A DNA stretch of 63,284 nucleotides, filler included, from Octopus bimaculoides (GCF_001194135.2; 5 parts of 4 records of this genome joined end to end with filler, not necessarily neighbours in it), one strand, 5' to 3'; positions 37,949 through 51,695 are shown, counted from the whole stretch's first letter. Notes: generated by a model not told the origin, from the letters alone. A program made the numbers and translations.

Positions 37949-40900
37949 CGACGGGCTTCTTTCAGTTTCCGTCTACCAAATCCACTCACAAGGCTTTGGT
38001 CGGGCCGAGGATATAGGGGAAGACATTTGCCCAAGGTACCACGCAGTGGGACTGAACCCGGAACCATGTGGTTTGTAAGCAAGCTACTTACCACATAGCC
38101 ACTCCTACTCCTGGTTATGGTGTTGCACTCATGATCGTAACATTGTGGTCTCGATTCCCGGACCAGACAGAGCCTTGTGTTCGTGAGCAAAACATTTCAC
38201 TTCCTGTTGCTCCAGTTCACTCAACTGTACATGAGTTCGAATTGTAACTGAGAAATTAACGGACTGTGACGGACCAGAGTACCGTTCGGGGTGGGAGAGT
38301 GTTTTAAGCTCAGTGACTCGTACCTCTTGGAGTATGAGTCCGGCCTTATGAGTCCTAGTACTCATAGCAGTTCTAAATCGATATTTGTTTATATAATACG
38401 CGCGCGCGTGTGTGTGTGTGTGTATTTGTTCACCCCTAACGGCTTCACAACCGTTCTTGTTCTATCTACGTTCCCTTAACTTAGCGATTCGTTCACCTAA
38501 AGTTCTTCTCCCATATATATATATATATATATATATATANNNNNNNNNNNNNNNNNNNNNNNNNNNNNNNNNNNNNNNNNNNNNNNNNNNNNNNNNNNNN
38601 NNNNNNNNNNNNNNNNNNNNNNNNNNNNNNNNNNNNNNNNNNNNNNNNNNNNNNNNNNNNNNNNNNNNNNNNNNNNNNNNNNNNNNNNNNNNNNNNNNNN
38701 NNNNNNNNNNNNNNNNNNNNNNNNNNNNNNNNNNNNNNNNNNNNNNNNNNNNNNNNNNNNNNNNNNNNNNNNNNNNNNNNNNNNNNNNNNNNNNNNNNNN
38801 NNNNNNNNNNNNNNNNNNNNNNNNNNNNNNNNNNNNNNNNNNNNNNNNNNNNNNNNNNNNNNNNNNNNNNNNNNNNNNNNNNNNNNNNNNNNNNNNNNNN
38901 NNNNNNNNNNNNNNNNNNNNNNNNNNNNNNNNNNNNNNNNNNNNNNNNNNNNNNNNNNNNNNNNNNNNNNNNNNNNNNNNNNNNNNNNNNNNNNNNNNNN
39001 NNNNNNNNNNNNNNNNNNNNNNNNNNNNNNNNNNNNNNNNNNNNNNNNNNNNNNNNNNNNNNNNNNNNNNNNNNNNNNNNNNNNNNNNNNNNNNNNNNNN
39101 NNNNNNNNNNNNNNNNNNNNNNNNNNNNNNNNNNNNNNNNNNNNNNNNNNNNNNNNNNNNNNNNNNNNNNNNNNNNNNNNNNNNNNNNNNNNNNNNNNNN
39201 NNNNNNNNNNNNNNNNNNNNNNNNNNNNNNNNNNNNNNNNNNNNNNNNNNNNNNNNNNNNNNNNNNNNNNNNNNNNNNNNNNNNNNNNNNNNNNNNNNNN
39301 NNNNNNNNNNNNNNNNNNNNNNNTATATATACATATACATGCGTACATACATACATACACACACACATGTATAGAACGCCAAACTTGATCAAAACAAAGA
39401 TAAAGTGATGTCACAAAACCTACTACCGACCAATCAACCATCAACTAAAACACTAATGCCAAAACAACCTTTTTTTTTTACCAAAAACATCCACCAGAAA
39501 TTATAAGACGTCATCAAAATTATAACGAATCAAAAATTAGATCTTTTTCTTGTGAAAAACATACATATACACAATATATTCTCTGATTCTCAAAAAACTT
39601 CGTTAAAGGCGAAAGCTCAGTATACGACGGGAAAAAGAACTACACGCAAAATGACAGAAACTGTAAAAAAACTTTTTTTACTCATTCATTTTCTTTTGTT
39701 CTAACTCAATATCATCGACCGTTTACTAACATACATTTATTATAATCTTCGCCGAACATTTACTTTGATATTATCTATCCCTGTGAAACTCATAGAATTT
39801 TATGTGAACATTCGATCGTTTAAACATGTTTGTTCGATTTCTACTTCATAATTTTAAATACCGTTAAAATCGCTCTGCTTCATATACATTTGTACCATTG
39901 ATAAACAAAAAAATTGTTGAAACTAGCTTGGTATGTATGTGAATAAATCTATTTAAAATCAACTACACGTTTTTCAAATTCAAGTGTATTTTTCAAAAAC
40001 AAATTCTCATGTATATGTGTGTGTGTGTGTGTGTATGTGNNNNNNNNNNNNNNNNNNNNNNNNNNNNNNNNNNNNNNNNNNNNNNNNNNNNNNNNNNNNN
40101 NNNNNNNNNNNNNNNNNNNNNNNNNNNNNNNNNNNNNNNNNNNNNNNNNNNNNNNNNNNNNNNNNNNNNNNNNNNNNNNNNNNNNNNNNNNNNNNNNNNN
40201 NNNNNNNNNNNNNNNNNNNNNNNNNNNNNNNNNNNNNNNNNNNNNNNNNNNNNNNNNNNNNNNNNNNNNNNNNNNNNNNNNNNNNNNNNNNNNNNNNNNN
40301 NNNNNNNNNNNNNNNNNNNNNNNNNNNNNNNNNNNNNNNNNNNNNNNNNNNNNNNNNNNNNNNNNNNNNNNNNNNNNNNNNNNNNNNNNNNNNNNNNNNN
40401 NNNNNNNNNNNNNNNNNNNNNNNNNNNNNNNNNNNNNNNNNNNNNNNNNNNNNNNNNNNNNNNNNNNNNNNNNNNNNNNNNNNNNNNNNNNNNNNNNNNN
40501 NNNNNNNNNNNNNNNNNNNNNNNNNNNNNNNNNNNNNNNNNNNNNNNNNNNNNNNNNNNNNNNNNNNNNNNNNNNNNNNNNNNNNNNNNNNNNNNNNNNN
40601 NNNNNNNNNNNNNNNNNNNNNNNNNNNNNNNNNNNNNNNNNNNNNNNNNNNNNNNNNNNNNNNNNNNNNNNNNNNNNNNNNNNNNNNNNNNNNNNNNNNN
40701 NNNNNNNNNNNNNNNNNNNNNNNNNNNNNNNNNNNNNNNNNNNNNNNNNNNNNNNNNNNNNNNNNNNNNATATATATACTTAATACAACTATCTATGTAT
40801 CTATCCATATGTGTGTGTCTGTGTGTCTGTGTGTGTATTATTTTAGATTATTTTAGTATTGATGATGACCAAATTCAATTTTAAATAAATGATGAGCTGG

Positions 40901-41580
40901 AAGTGACCAGGCGAAACTAATGCATGTTTTTCAGTTAGTTCTGCAGAGAGAGTAAGAGAGAGCGGGAGAGAGAGAGAGAGAGAGAGGGAGAACGAATGAG
41001 AGAGAGAAAGAGAGAGAGACTGAGGAGAGATGGATTAAAGGAAAAAAGAATGAGAAAGAGCAAGTAAGAAAGAAACGTACGCGTCATTTAGCCCGAGTGT
41101 TTGTTTATATAGTGAAGCTAAATGTATGTTCATTTAACAAGTGCATGTAAATTTATTTGCAACTTATCCACAAATAGTGAATAAATATTACATCATACGT
41201 GTGTATGTATGAGTGTGTATGTGTGTGTATACGTATGTGTGAATGTGGTTTTACTCGATGCTGTTACTTTAAAGCAAGTTTAAGAATAACAATGGAACAA
41301 TTTCTGTTTGGTTGGGAGTACTCAATATTGAAAGTAGAATAAAATTTATTATCAAGTTTATACTGATGTGATCTTACAGTTTCGACCCACAGCTCTTTGA
41401 ACAAACGAAACTTGAACCTCTAGTCAACATAAATAATATGTATGTTCAAACACACACGTGTATGTACATATATATATATATATATATANNNNNNNNNNTT
41501 TTACTTGTATATTGTATTATATCACTCTAAACTTTTTATGTTCTCTATATTTTTTTCCTTCCTCTCTATATGTAAAACAA

Positions 41581-41665
41581 ACATCCTGATGAAGGGAGTG
41601 TCTAATCTCTAATATGAGTACAACACCATATTAATAGACACATCTCAGAAACGGTCCGTAGATGT
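41581..41665 (+). ncRNA. Candidate type I hammerhead ribozyme (Penelope-associated)
   Basis: acatc-CTGATGA-[long stem II]-GAAA-cg gtc cg-TA-gatgt. Stem I is acatc/gatgt; core boxes at 41586-41592 and 41648-41651; GUA cleavage triplet; short stem III. Confidence 0.75.
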
Positions 41666-42098
41666 ATACTTTTAACTTAATTTTTATATTATAGGTTTTT
41701 TTTTTAATCCTGTCCTAATGTACACGTTTTTAATATGATACATGTAAATTTATAACTTCATCATACCGTATATATTAATCCATTATATGTTATATCATAA
41801 TGTACGTTTACATATCGTAATGTTTTAACTTTAATTGTCATATTTTTATACAACTTAGAAATCATGCATATTTATAAATATTTTTTTAATAAATATTTTG
41901 AACATTCATGATATTTCTAAAGTTTTTATTGTTGTATTTGCTTGTCTTTTTACCGTACCTTTTAGACACTTTAGAGACTGAATACTATAAATTCATTTAT
42001 TGATTCTTGAAGGAATTGAACACACATATTGTATCTTGCGTTGGACATATGGTATTATTCCTGTGATTTTCCACCCTTATGTATCCATTTTTACTATA

Positions 42099-42136
<38 letters not shown>

Positions 42137-42945
42137 AGTNNNNNNNNNNNNNNNNNNNNNNNNNNNNNNNNNNNNNNNNNNNNNNNNNNNNNNNNNNNNN
42201 NNNNNNNNNNNNNNNNNNNNNNNNNNNNNNNNNNNNNNNNNNNNNNNNNNNNNNNNNNNNNNNNNNNNNNNNNNNNNNNNNNNNNNNNNNNNNNNNNNNN
42301 NNNNNNNNNNNNNNNNNNNNNNNNNNNNNNNNNNNNNNNNNNNNNNNNNNNNNNNNNNNNNNNNNNNNNNNNNNNNNNNNNNNNNNNNNNNNNNNNNNNN
42401 NNNNNNNNNNNNNNNNNNNNNNNNNNNNNNNNNNNNNNNNNNNNNNNNNNNNNNNNNNNNNNNNNNNNNNNNNNNNNNNNNNNNNNNNNNNNNNNNNNNN
42501 NNNNNNNNNNNNNNNNNNNNNNNNNNNNNNNNNNNNNNNNNNNNNNNNNNNNNNNNNNNNNNNNNNNNNNNNNNNNNTTTTCCAGTGAAATTCTTCACTG
42601 ATATCGAAAAGGTGAAAACAAGCAATGTTAATTCTCTAAATGAAGTATTAACAGTAACTGCACGATAAAGTGTAGTATATTGCCACTTAAGTGTGGCTGA
42701 CCCCTAGGGGTGGATGTTACTGTTGCTTTTAGCCCCAGGAGGACATCTCCTCCAGCTGGCTTATCGACACACGACTGTGTCCTGTTTGCCAAGGGAAGTT
42801 ATCCCTCTCACCAACATCTGCAGCACGAACGGATCCGGATTTCAGGGTTATTTCCCTTCGTCGGCGTTCGATAGCCGCTGACCTTGGTGAGAGAGACAAA
42901 AACCTGGCAATCTTATATCTTCTTTTCCAGTGAAATTCTTCACTG

Positions 42946-43140
42946 CACATACATAAACTTTTGCAAAAGTTCCTTGATACAGTCAGAATATATAAATTGA
43001 TAACCAGCATTATATTCAAATACTAGGCACAGCAATGGGAACCAATGTCGCATCAACCTTTGCGACAATAGTAATGGGATCCATTGAAGAAAAAATGTCT
43101 GCCATTTTCGGAATTATATTTGACGATCATTTCCAATCCT
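42946..43140 (+). mobile_element. Penelope-like RT fragment
   Basis: NQHYIQILGTAMGTNVASTFATIVMGSIEEKM is the PLE RT motif GTAMGxxxAPxxAxxxMG. Confidence 0.7.
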
Positions 43141-44078
43141 TTATTATTTGTGTGTATTTTGTCCTTTTTTATTTAAAAGAACGATACTTCTTAGTAGACT
43201 ATGAACGACTGATTCGATGTCCATAGCTGAGGAGCGTATCGATGTAAAACCGCGTGGGTCTTACAGTCCAATGAAGTCAATCATTGTGCAATGAAGTATT
43301 TTTACACATTTATGTTGGAGGGACATTTTTCCCATGCTTATCTCCGCAGTGATATGTCTTCCTACGTCCGAGTGTACGCGCAGGTACGTGTTAATTATGA
43401 CTGAACTCACCTATATTTCTTCCAGCATTGCTTTATGCTCTTCTAAGTAATTCATTCCAGTTAAATGTGTTTTAGCACAAGTTTTGTATATGTGTGCTTG
43501 TATGTGTATATGCGCGTTACGTATGTGTTTGAGTATATATATATATATATNNNNNNNNNNNNNNNNNNNNNNNNNNNNNNNNNNNNNNNNNNNNNNNNNN
43601 NNNNNNNNNNNNNNNNNNNNNNNNNNNNNNNNNNNNNNNNNNNNNNNNNNNNNNNNNNNNNNNNNNNNNNNNNNNNNNNNNNNNNNNNNNNNNNNNNNNN
43701 NNNNNNNNNNNNNNNNNNNNNNNNNNNNNNNNNNTATACATATAAACAAACGAGAATTGTATTGTTTTGGCAAAGAATAAGTCTATATGTAGCAGAAAAA
43801 ATTATAATTATATTATAATTTTTTATGAAAACACTTTGTTGCATTGCTTCTCTCTACTTTTAGAAATCGTCTTAAATTAAGTAAAATAGGACCATTTACA
43901 CATACGCAAAGATTCTGCTTTGAATACGATGAAAATTGTTGTAGAGCAGTTTTCTTTTTGTGAGTTGTTGTGGTAGAAGTTTCATAATATTAATGTCTAT
44001 ACCTTTTCTGAAATTATATCTGGTGATCTCTTCTCTTCCTATATTATTCATCTGTTATTTGCTCTTTTTATCAATATG

Positions 44079-44136
44079 AAAGACTTGTCTTAATGAAAGA
44101 TTTGTCTTAATGAAAGACTTGTCTTAATGAAAGACT
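44079..44136. repeat. 17-bp tandem repeat, about 3 units
   Basis: aagacttgtcttaatga repeated three times with one substitution. Confidence 0.85.
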
Positions 44137-45587
44137 GTTTCAGTGTCTATCGCATGTTCTCTACGGTCCAATGATAATATGTTTGCTTAAATATATTTTG
44201 CTTACTCAACTCATGTGATACTCCTCAAGACTAGTGTGTGAAAGGAAGTGAAGTGTTGAGGGTTTTACACGAGAGTGGAGTATGTCTGAACACGCCCCGG
44301 ATAGTGTTATTAAATCAAATGATGGATTAAATCCATCACACGTGTCCAATACAATCTATCCGGTGGAATTCTATGTTGGCTTCAAATTTTGGCACAAAAC
44401 GAATGAGTTCGGGAGAGGGAGCATTGTTGATTACATCAACCCCAGTGCTCAACTGGCATTTATTTTAACGACCCCAAAAGGATGAAAGACAAAGTCAACC
44501 TCGGCGGAATTTGAATTCAGAACGTAAAGACGGACGAAATACTGCTAAACATTTTGTCTGGTGCGATAACGATTTTGCCAGCTGCTCTCCGCCTTGATGG
44601 GATTCTGTATTGCTTTGCGTCTGTCAACTTTTATTCGCAAGGTCTTTGGCGATCAGTTTCTATAGTTGAAAGCATCAAGTTGACAGAATCCTGTTTCTAA
44701 TCCAAAGTCCTCGTCATAGAGGTGGTAACGAAGGCTTTTGTGGGCAAATCTACCAACGATCTTATGAAACAGGTTTCAGTCTCTGGAAAAAAGAATCAAA
44801 ACTGTTAAGGCAATAAACAGAAGCGGCTGAGAAAAGTTCCAACCGAATCTGTTCAAAAAGGAAATTGAATTTCAAAAGGTATAATCTACTCTATGGTCAA
44901 CTGGCGTTGCAGACCGAAATGGTTATGACATCCAAATTACCTTCACTCTGGGGTACCTAAAGCACCTAGACAGGCGCAGATTGCAATACAGACAGTAGGA
45001 CAGAATGTAACAACTAAGAGGCATTCAACAGGCATTCAAGGATACGGCTCCGTTTCTTTAGAGTGTAAGAACTTAAGGGCCAACACACTTGCACGAAATG
45101 GGATGGGTTCCTTCTCTGAAGATTTTCTGTCGTTCTACTCTCCTTAAAGTTTCTAACTACCTTCTACAGATTACCAGAAAGTGGGATCGAACGAAGAACG
45201 ACGTGCTTGCGAATCAAACTTCTTAACGTTACACCTTTGTAAATGATGGAAGAAGAAATTTAGAGTAAGCTTTCCTCATTTCTCACCTTAACCTGTTCTA
45301 TTTAATGTCGCTTTTGTTACGTTTTTCGTATTTCTTTTTTCTTCTTTAATTATTTTGTGGCTGTAACCTATTTATGTTTCGGATGTGATTAACAGGGATT
45401 TTGTTGTTGTTTGCTGTTTTTGTTGGTTTTGCTCTTCCGAAGATTCGAGTAGAACTTGGAGCTTCAAGTGGATGCTTCTGTGAAACTTCTTGCTCGTTTT
45501 CAGAGAGATTTCAGCAGATAGAGGCCGAATACCACGAATTTTACGTGATCTAGCATCCTACGGGCTTCACACACACACACACACACG

Positions 45588-45630
<43 letters not shown>

Positions 45631-45672
45631 ACACGCATACACACACGCACGCACACACATACGCACACACAT

Positions 45673-45772
<100 letters not shown>

Positions 45773-46134
45773 GCGCACACATACGCACACACACGCACAC
45801 ACACTCAAACACATATATATACAGACGCACGCATAAATACATACATATATACATAAACACACATCAGTGTCTATGTCCATCTATATAATGCAGTATCTAG
45901 GGAGGGTCAATATGCAAGTAATAAACACACGCACTGGTTCTGTCTCATTTTTGCATCATTTATTTGTCAGATGGTTAACTATTTAACCAATTAACTAATC
46001 GATTGTTTGATAATATTTCCAGCAGTCAATCAACCTTTTAGGTTTGTAAAAATCCCTCCGTTGCCATTTGCAACCTCCTGAATCATAGCTCCGTTAGATA
46101 ATTTTTCTGGGGTGAAACTAAACAACGTGTGTGC

Positions 46135-46185
<51 letters not shown>

Positions 46186-46379
46186 GTATGTATGCATATA
46201 TATATATGTATTTATATATATAGATATGTGTCTAAATATCTATATATACATCCAAATATTAATGTTGTGTTTTCATGTCGAGTTTAATACTCAACCGAAG
46301 AGTTACTTCATACATTTTTGTAAAATACTTATACATGAGAAAATTCCTCCTATTTAGTAACGGTTAAAAAAAATCTAAA

Positions 46380-47290
46380 CCAGAAGAACTGTTCGATGTA
46401 TCGAAGGGTTCGTATGACAATGCAGACGTATGTGATCAAGCAGATCTCTAGTTTAGATATCTTTCAGTAATATCGGCCTATACCGTGATGACGGGTTAGG
46501 CATATCCCTCGGCTGTGATACCCATTCCATCGATACGTTTAAGATAAGACTCGTGTCTACCTTTAGCAAATTATGTCTCAGTATCACAGCAACCTTGACC
46601 TTTTCTGATATTCTAACTCAACCTACCATAAAACTAACGAAAAACTTACATATATGTAAAAATATTCATGTCACCATTTCTATCGTCTTTTAAAACTTTG
46701 CAGTTAATATTAGTAATAAGATGTCTAATATCCTCTTTTAAGGAAATATTCTATAAGGCTATATTATAATACTATAATAGCACCCTGGTTAACAGTGCCT
46801 TTGAAGATAGAATAATTTATACTTCGACCATATAAAAAAATGAAGCCTAAAAATAGACTTGAGAAGGCTATATGAATTTACACTCCCTTCTCCTAGGCTA
46901 TTAAGACAAATATAGGCTGGCCTTGATAAGCATTTCCCGGATAGCCATCGGTATAAGAAAATCTTTCATAGACGTTTCATGCAAGTTTCTTACAGTTGCT
47001 GCCACAGCATGAAAAGTATCATTACACGTAGGTCACACCAGGCATCTATTCCAAAATGTAATTTCAGTAATCTAGATACTTTCCCACTTGACCGAGAATG
47101 CATGGTTACCTTAGTTTCTCGTTTCTCTCATTGCTTATTTTTACTTTTTTTCTTGCATTTTCCTGCTTTTTCTCAAAGAGCATCCATATTCATTTTTGAA
47201 TCTGAGCGATTATAGAATAGTACTAAGCACTATATACAAGCCCGCCGGATAATTGTAATATCCGAGCGTAAAACTTACAATGTTTAAATC
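46380..47290 (+). mobile_element. Degenerate Penelope-like element (RT plus pre-GIY-YIG linker)
   Basis: LFDVSKGSYDNADVCD, GLYRDDGLGI, DKHFPDSHRYKKIFHRRFMQVSYSC and CNFSNLDTFPLDRECMV correspond to the PLE motifs GSYDGAExCE, GLYRDDG, KHFP...KxSYSC and CNCR...CPLxGxC. Confidence 0.75.
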
Positions 47291-47337
47291 CTGTGTTTAT
47301 TAAGTGAGACACACACACATACACGTACACACACACT

Positions 47338-47420
<83 letters not shown>

Positions 47421-48585
47421 GCACACACATGCACGTGCACACACACGCACACACATATACACAAGCATAAGCCTGTTAGGCACAATAATTGTTACCAATG
47501 ATAAAATATTCAAAACAAACTAAAATATCTGAGTCTGTCAGCACAAACTTACGAAATATTACTTCCGGTATCTCGGCAGCTATAAAGGTAGACACGAGTC
47601 TTATCTTAAATATTTCATTATTTCATTATACCTCTTTCATTATTTCATTATACCTCTTTCATAATTTCATTATACCTCTTTCTCCAACATACAAAGTCTA
47701 CAACTGTCTTACACTATTTGTCGACTAGTTTGCCTTTAAGAAACATTTATGTAAGTATCTAAATGAAAATTCTCCTAAAAGATGAAAGGAATGTTCAACT
47801 TTCATCCATCTATCATCTGTTTTGCAATGAGTAGATGACAACAAAAACATAGCTGTGAAGCAGTACCCTGGTGGCCGATGTTTATCACAAAACATCATAG
47901 CCAAAAATACATGTTTTGCTTCTTGTATGGCAATGGCTCTGACCAAAATATACAACACTCGTATAACAGTTTCCTTGGGATAAATTTATGGTTTCATACT
48001 TTATTCCAGTATGCTGTCAGCCATATTGTATTCACTTGCAAAGAAGACACTTGATTCAGTAGCTAAAGTATTCGCTTCCGATCGTAGGGCTGTGAGTTCG
48101 ATTCCTGGCGGCGTTGAGTGTCTTTGAGCAAGACACTTTACTCCACGTTGCTCCAGTCCACTCAATTGGTAAAAATGATTTGTACCTGTAATTCATAAGG
48201 TCTGTGTTGATACATTTTATGTCACGCTAAATCTCGCCGAGAACTACATTAAGGGTACGCATGTCTGTGGAGTACTCAGCCACTTGCATGTTAATTTCAC
48301 AATGAGGCTGTTTTGTTGATTGGATCATCTGGAACGCTCCTTGCTGTAATCAACGGAGTGCCATTTGTTCATCTTTCTTTCATACATGGCGCTAAACAAG
48401 AAACTAGAAAAATAACTTACTAGCGCAAGAAGACAGAATGCGTATATTTTTTTTTGTCACTTCTAAAATGCGATGAAAGATTCTTAGGCATGTTAAATGA
48501 AAGTGAATAATAATTTATTTAATTATTTCATCTTCGATCGAATATTTCATATAGTTTTACACCAATTATTATTATCATTCTTCTT

Positions 48586-48653
<68 letters not shown>

Positions 48654-49836
48654 GCTCACCTTTGTTTTGTTTTTGCCGTTTTGCAACATGGACGACATAA
48701 ACCTATTACAAATGTGTAATCAGACGCAATGGCGACGCTATGTTGTTTTCTCAGACAGTATTACCGGAAGTGGGCATAAAAGTCATTGAAAAGAAAGCTA
48801 ACAATGCAAAGAGGCGCGGCATAAAACCTTTATTTCATTCCCGCTAATTACATTTGTTGATTCATCCATTTTCATTGCATGCTCTTTACTAAACTATGTA
48901 AATTGTAATAATATATTATCATGTACGAATGCGTGAGTTATGGTCCCAGTGAGATTTTGTTAAAAAAAAAATGAAGAAANNNNNNNNNNNNNNNNNNNNN
49001 NNNNNNNNNNNNNNNNNNNNNNNNNNNNNNNNNNNNNNNNNNNNNNNNNNNNNNNNNNNNNNNNNNNNNNNNNNNNNNNNNNNNNNNNNNNNNNNNNNNN
49101 NNNNNNNNNNNNNNNNNNNNNNNNNNNNNNNNNNNNNNNNNNNNNNNNNNNNNNNNNNNNNNNNNNNNNNNNNNNNNNNNNNNNNNNNNNNNNNNNNNNN
49201 NNNNNNNNNNNNNNNNNNNNNNNNNNNNNNNNNNNNNNNNNNNNNNNNNNNNNNNNNNNNNNNNNNNNNNNNNNNNNNNNNNNNNNNNNNNNNNNNNNNN
49301 NNNNNNNNNNNNNNNNNNNNNNNNNNNNNNNNNNNNNNNNNNNNNNNNNNNNNNNNNNNNNNNNNNNNNNNNNNNNNNNNNNNNNNNNNNNNNNNNNNNN
49401 NNNNNNNNNNNNNNNNNNNNNNNNNNNNNNNNNNNNNNNNNNNNNNNNNNNNNNNNNNNNNNNNNNNNNNNNNNNNNNNNNNNNNNNNNNNNNNNNNNNN
49501 NNNNNNNNNNNNNNNNNNNNNNNNNNNNNNNNNNNNNNNNNNNNNNNNNNNNNNNNNNNNNNNNNNNNNNNNNNNNNNNNNNNNNNNNNNNNNNNNNNNN
49601 NNNNNNNNNNNNNNNNNNNNNNNNNNNNNNNNNNNNNNNNNNNNNNNNNNNNNNNNNNNNNNNNNNNNNNNNNNNNNNNNNNNNNNNNNNNNNNNNNNNN
49701 NNNNNNNNNNNNNNNNNNNNNNNNNNNNNNNNNNNNNNNNNNNNNNNNNNNNNNNNNNNNNNNNNNNNNNNNNNNNNNNNNNNNNNNNNNNNNNNNNNNN
49801 NNNNNNNNNNNNNNNNNNNNNNNNNNNNNNNNNNNN

Positions 49837-49879
<43 letters not shown>

Positions 49880-51210
49880 TATATATATGCATACATATAC
49901 ACACATTTATATTGATCGATAACGTTATATAGAATTTGTAAAGTACTTTAAGTATATCATGTGATATAATATGATATGGTATGCATATATGAATGATATT
50001 CAAAGTTGTCTGTCAATAAATATGGAATTTAATAATGTAAGGCAACCAAATACATTTTGGGTTTGCGAAACTAAGATTCTGATCCTTGGCGCTAACCTGT
50101 GGTGGTAAACAAGCGTAGGAGTGACTGTGTGGTAAGTAGCTTGCTTACCAACCACATGGCTCCGGGTTCAGTCCTACTGCGTGGCACCTTGGGCAAGTGT
50201 CTTCTACTATAGCCTCCGGCCGACCAAAGTCTTGTGAGTGGATTTGGTAGACGGAAACTGGAAGAAGCCCGTCGTATATATGTATAAGTATATATATGTA
50301 TGTGTGTGTATATGTTTGTGTGTCTGTGTTTGTCCCCCAACATCGCTTGACAACCGATGCTGGTGTGTTTACGTCCCCGTAACTTAGTGGTTCGGCTAAA
50401 GAGACCGATAGAATAAGTACTAGGCTTACAAAGAATAAGTCCTGGGGTCGATTAGCTCGACTGAAAAAGGCGGTGCTCCAGCATGGCCACAGTCAAATGA
50501 CCGAAACAAGTAAAAGAGTACAGACATTCATTTGTGAACTTTTGGCCTGTTCTTTTTCATCAAACTGTCTCGTGAAGACGAGTAAGCCAAAAGTTCGAAG
50601 TCACTGTTATCGTTTTCCTTGTAAAAGTTGGTAAGTGTGTACTCTACTAAAAGTATTGAGTAAAATCTTCACTTTAATTTTAAATTGTTTTAAGTTATCT
50701 TTACAGACTTTCTATGTTAAGAGCCAGCAAACAAATTACAACATTTCGTATACGAATATGTCCATGTAAACAATGCGATCGAAGATAGAAAATTAAGTAC
50801 TGGGTGTATATTCATATTTCAGGAATTATTGCTGTTTGATTAGACCCACATCCAATCCACAAACCGTCCACGAACACATTGCTTAAATACGATGTAATAT
50901 TGTTGGACAAACCAATTTACACATCATCAAACACATTCCTAGTAATTGCTGCCAGGAACACAGTATTTTGTCGTATCGGGAAAGTTTGCCACAAACGTTT
51001 GTGCCGCAGGAAAATTCACCTCAGGATTTTTCCTCACATAGGAAATTTTGCCAGAAAACAAAAGATGAATTGCTCCCCTTGGTATATAATCGTTTCAACC
51101 AATAAGAAGGGGTATTTTAATTTCTTAACCCATTTAAAATTTCTATACATACATACATACATACATACATACATTCATACATACATACATATATACATGC
51201 TACTGCCCAC

Positions 51211-51281
51211 GGGCATATGGCGTAGTGGTTAAGAGGGCGGGCTACTAACCCTAAGATTCTGAGTTCGATTCCAGGCAGTGA

Positions 51282-51285
<4 letters not shown>
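51211..51285 (+). pseudogene. tRNA-like short SINE or tRNA pseudogene with (AAT)n tail
   Basis: A-box tggcgtagtgg, B-box gagttcgattcc, anticodon arm ggg-ctACTaa-ccc. Acceptor and T stems are mispaired, so this is not a functional tRNA. Confidence 0.65.
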
Positions 51286-51345
<60 letters not shown>

Positions 51346-51346
<1 letters not shown>

Positions 51347-51487
51347 TGGGTACTGCACACATTCTACGCAAAACACTTTCAATACAGTAAACATAAGAGC
51401 ACCACAGCAAACCACAGCACATACCCAAGGCGCACAGAGCTGCGCTCGGTAGTGAAGTGAAAGCACGTTATAAAAATAAAACTACTG
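51346..51487 (+). mobile_element. 5'-truncated R4/Dong-like 3' end inside an (AAT)n tract
   Basis: Starts MGTAHILRKTLSIQ* (RLE C-terminus) plus 3'UTR, with (AAT)n on both sides. A near-identical 3'UTR occurs at 55777-55863, also followed by (AAT)n. Confidence 0.7.
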
Positions 51488-51628
51488 AATAATAATAATA
51501 ATAATAATAACAACAACAACAACATCGANNNNNNNNNNNNNNNNNNNNNNNNNNNNNNNNNNNNNNNNNNNNTTAATTAATTAANNNNNNNNNNNNNNNN
51601 NNNNNNNNNNNNNNNNNNNNNNNNNNNN

Positions 51629-51695
<67 letters not shown>

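Noticed and set aside
50850-51090. Minus-strand open frame ...LFSGKISYVRKNPEVNFPAAQ... as a possible terminal exon
   Set aside because: No usable splice acceptor between the upstream stop and the frame.
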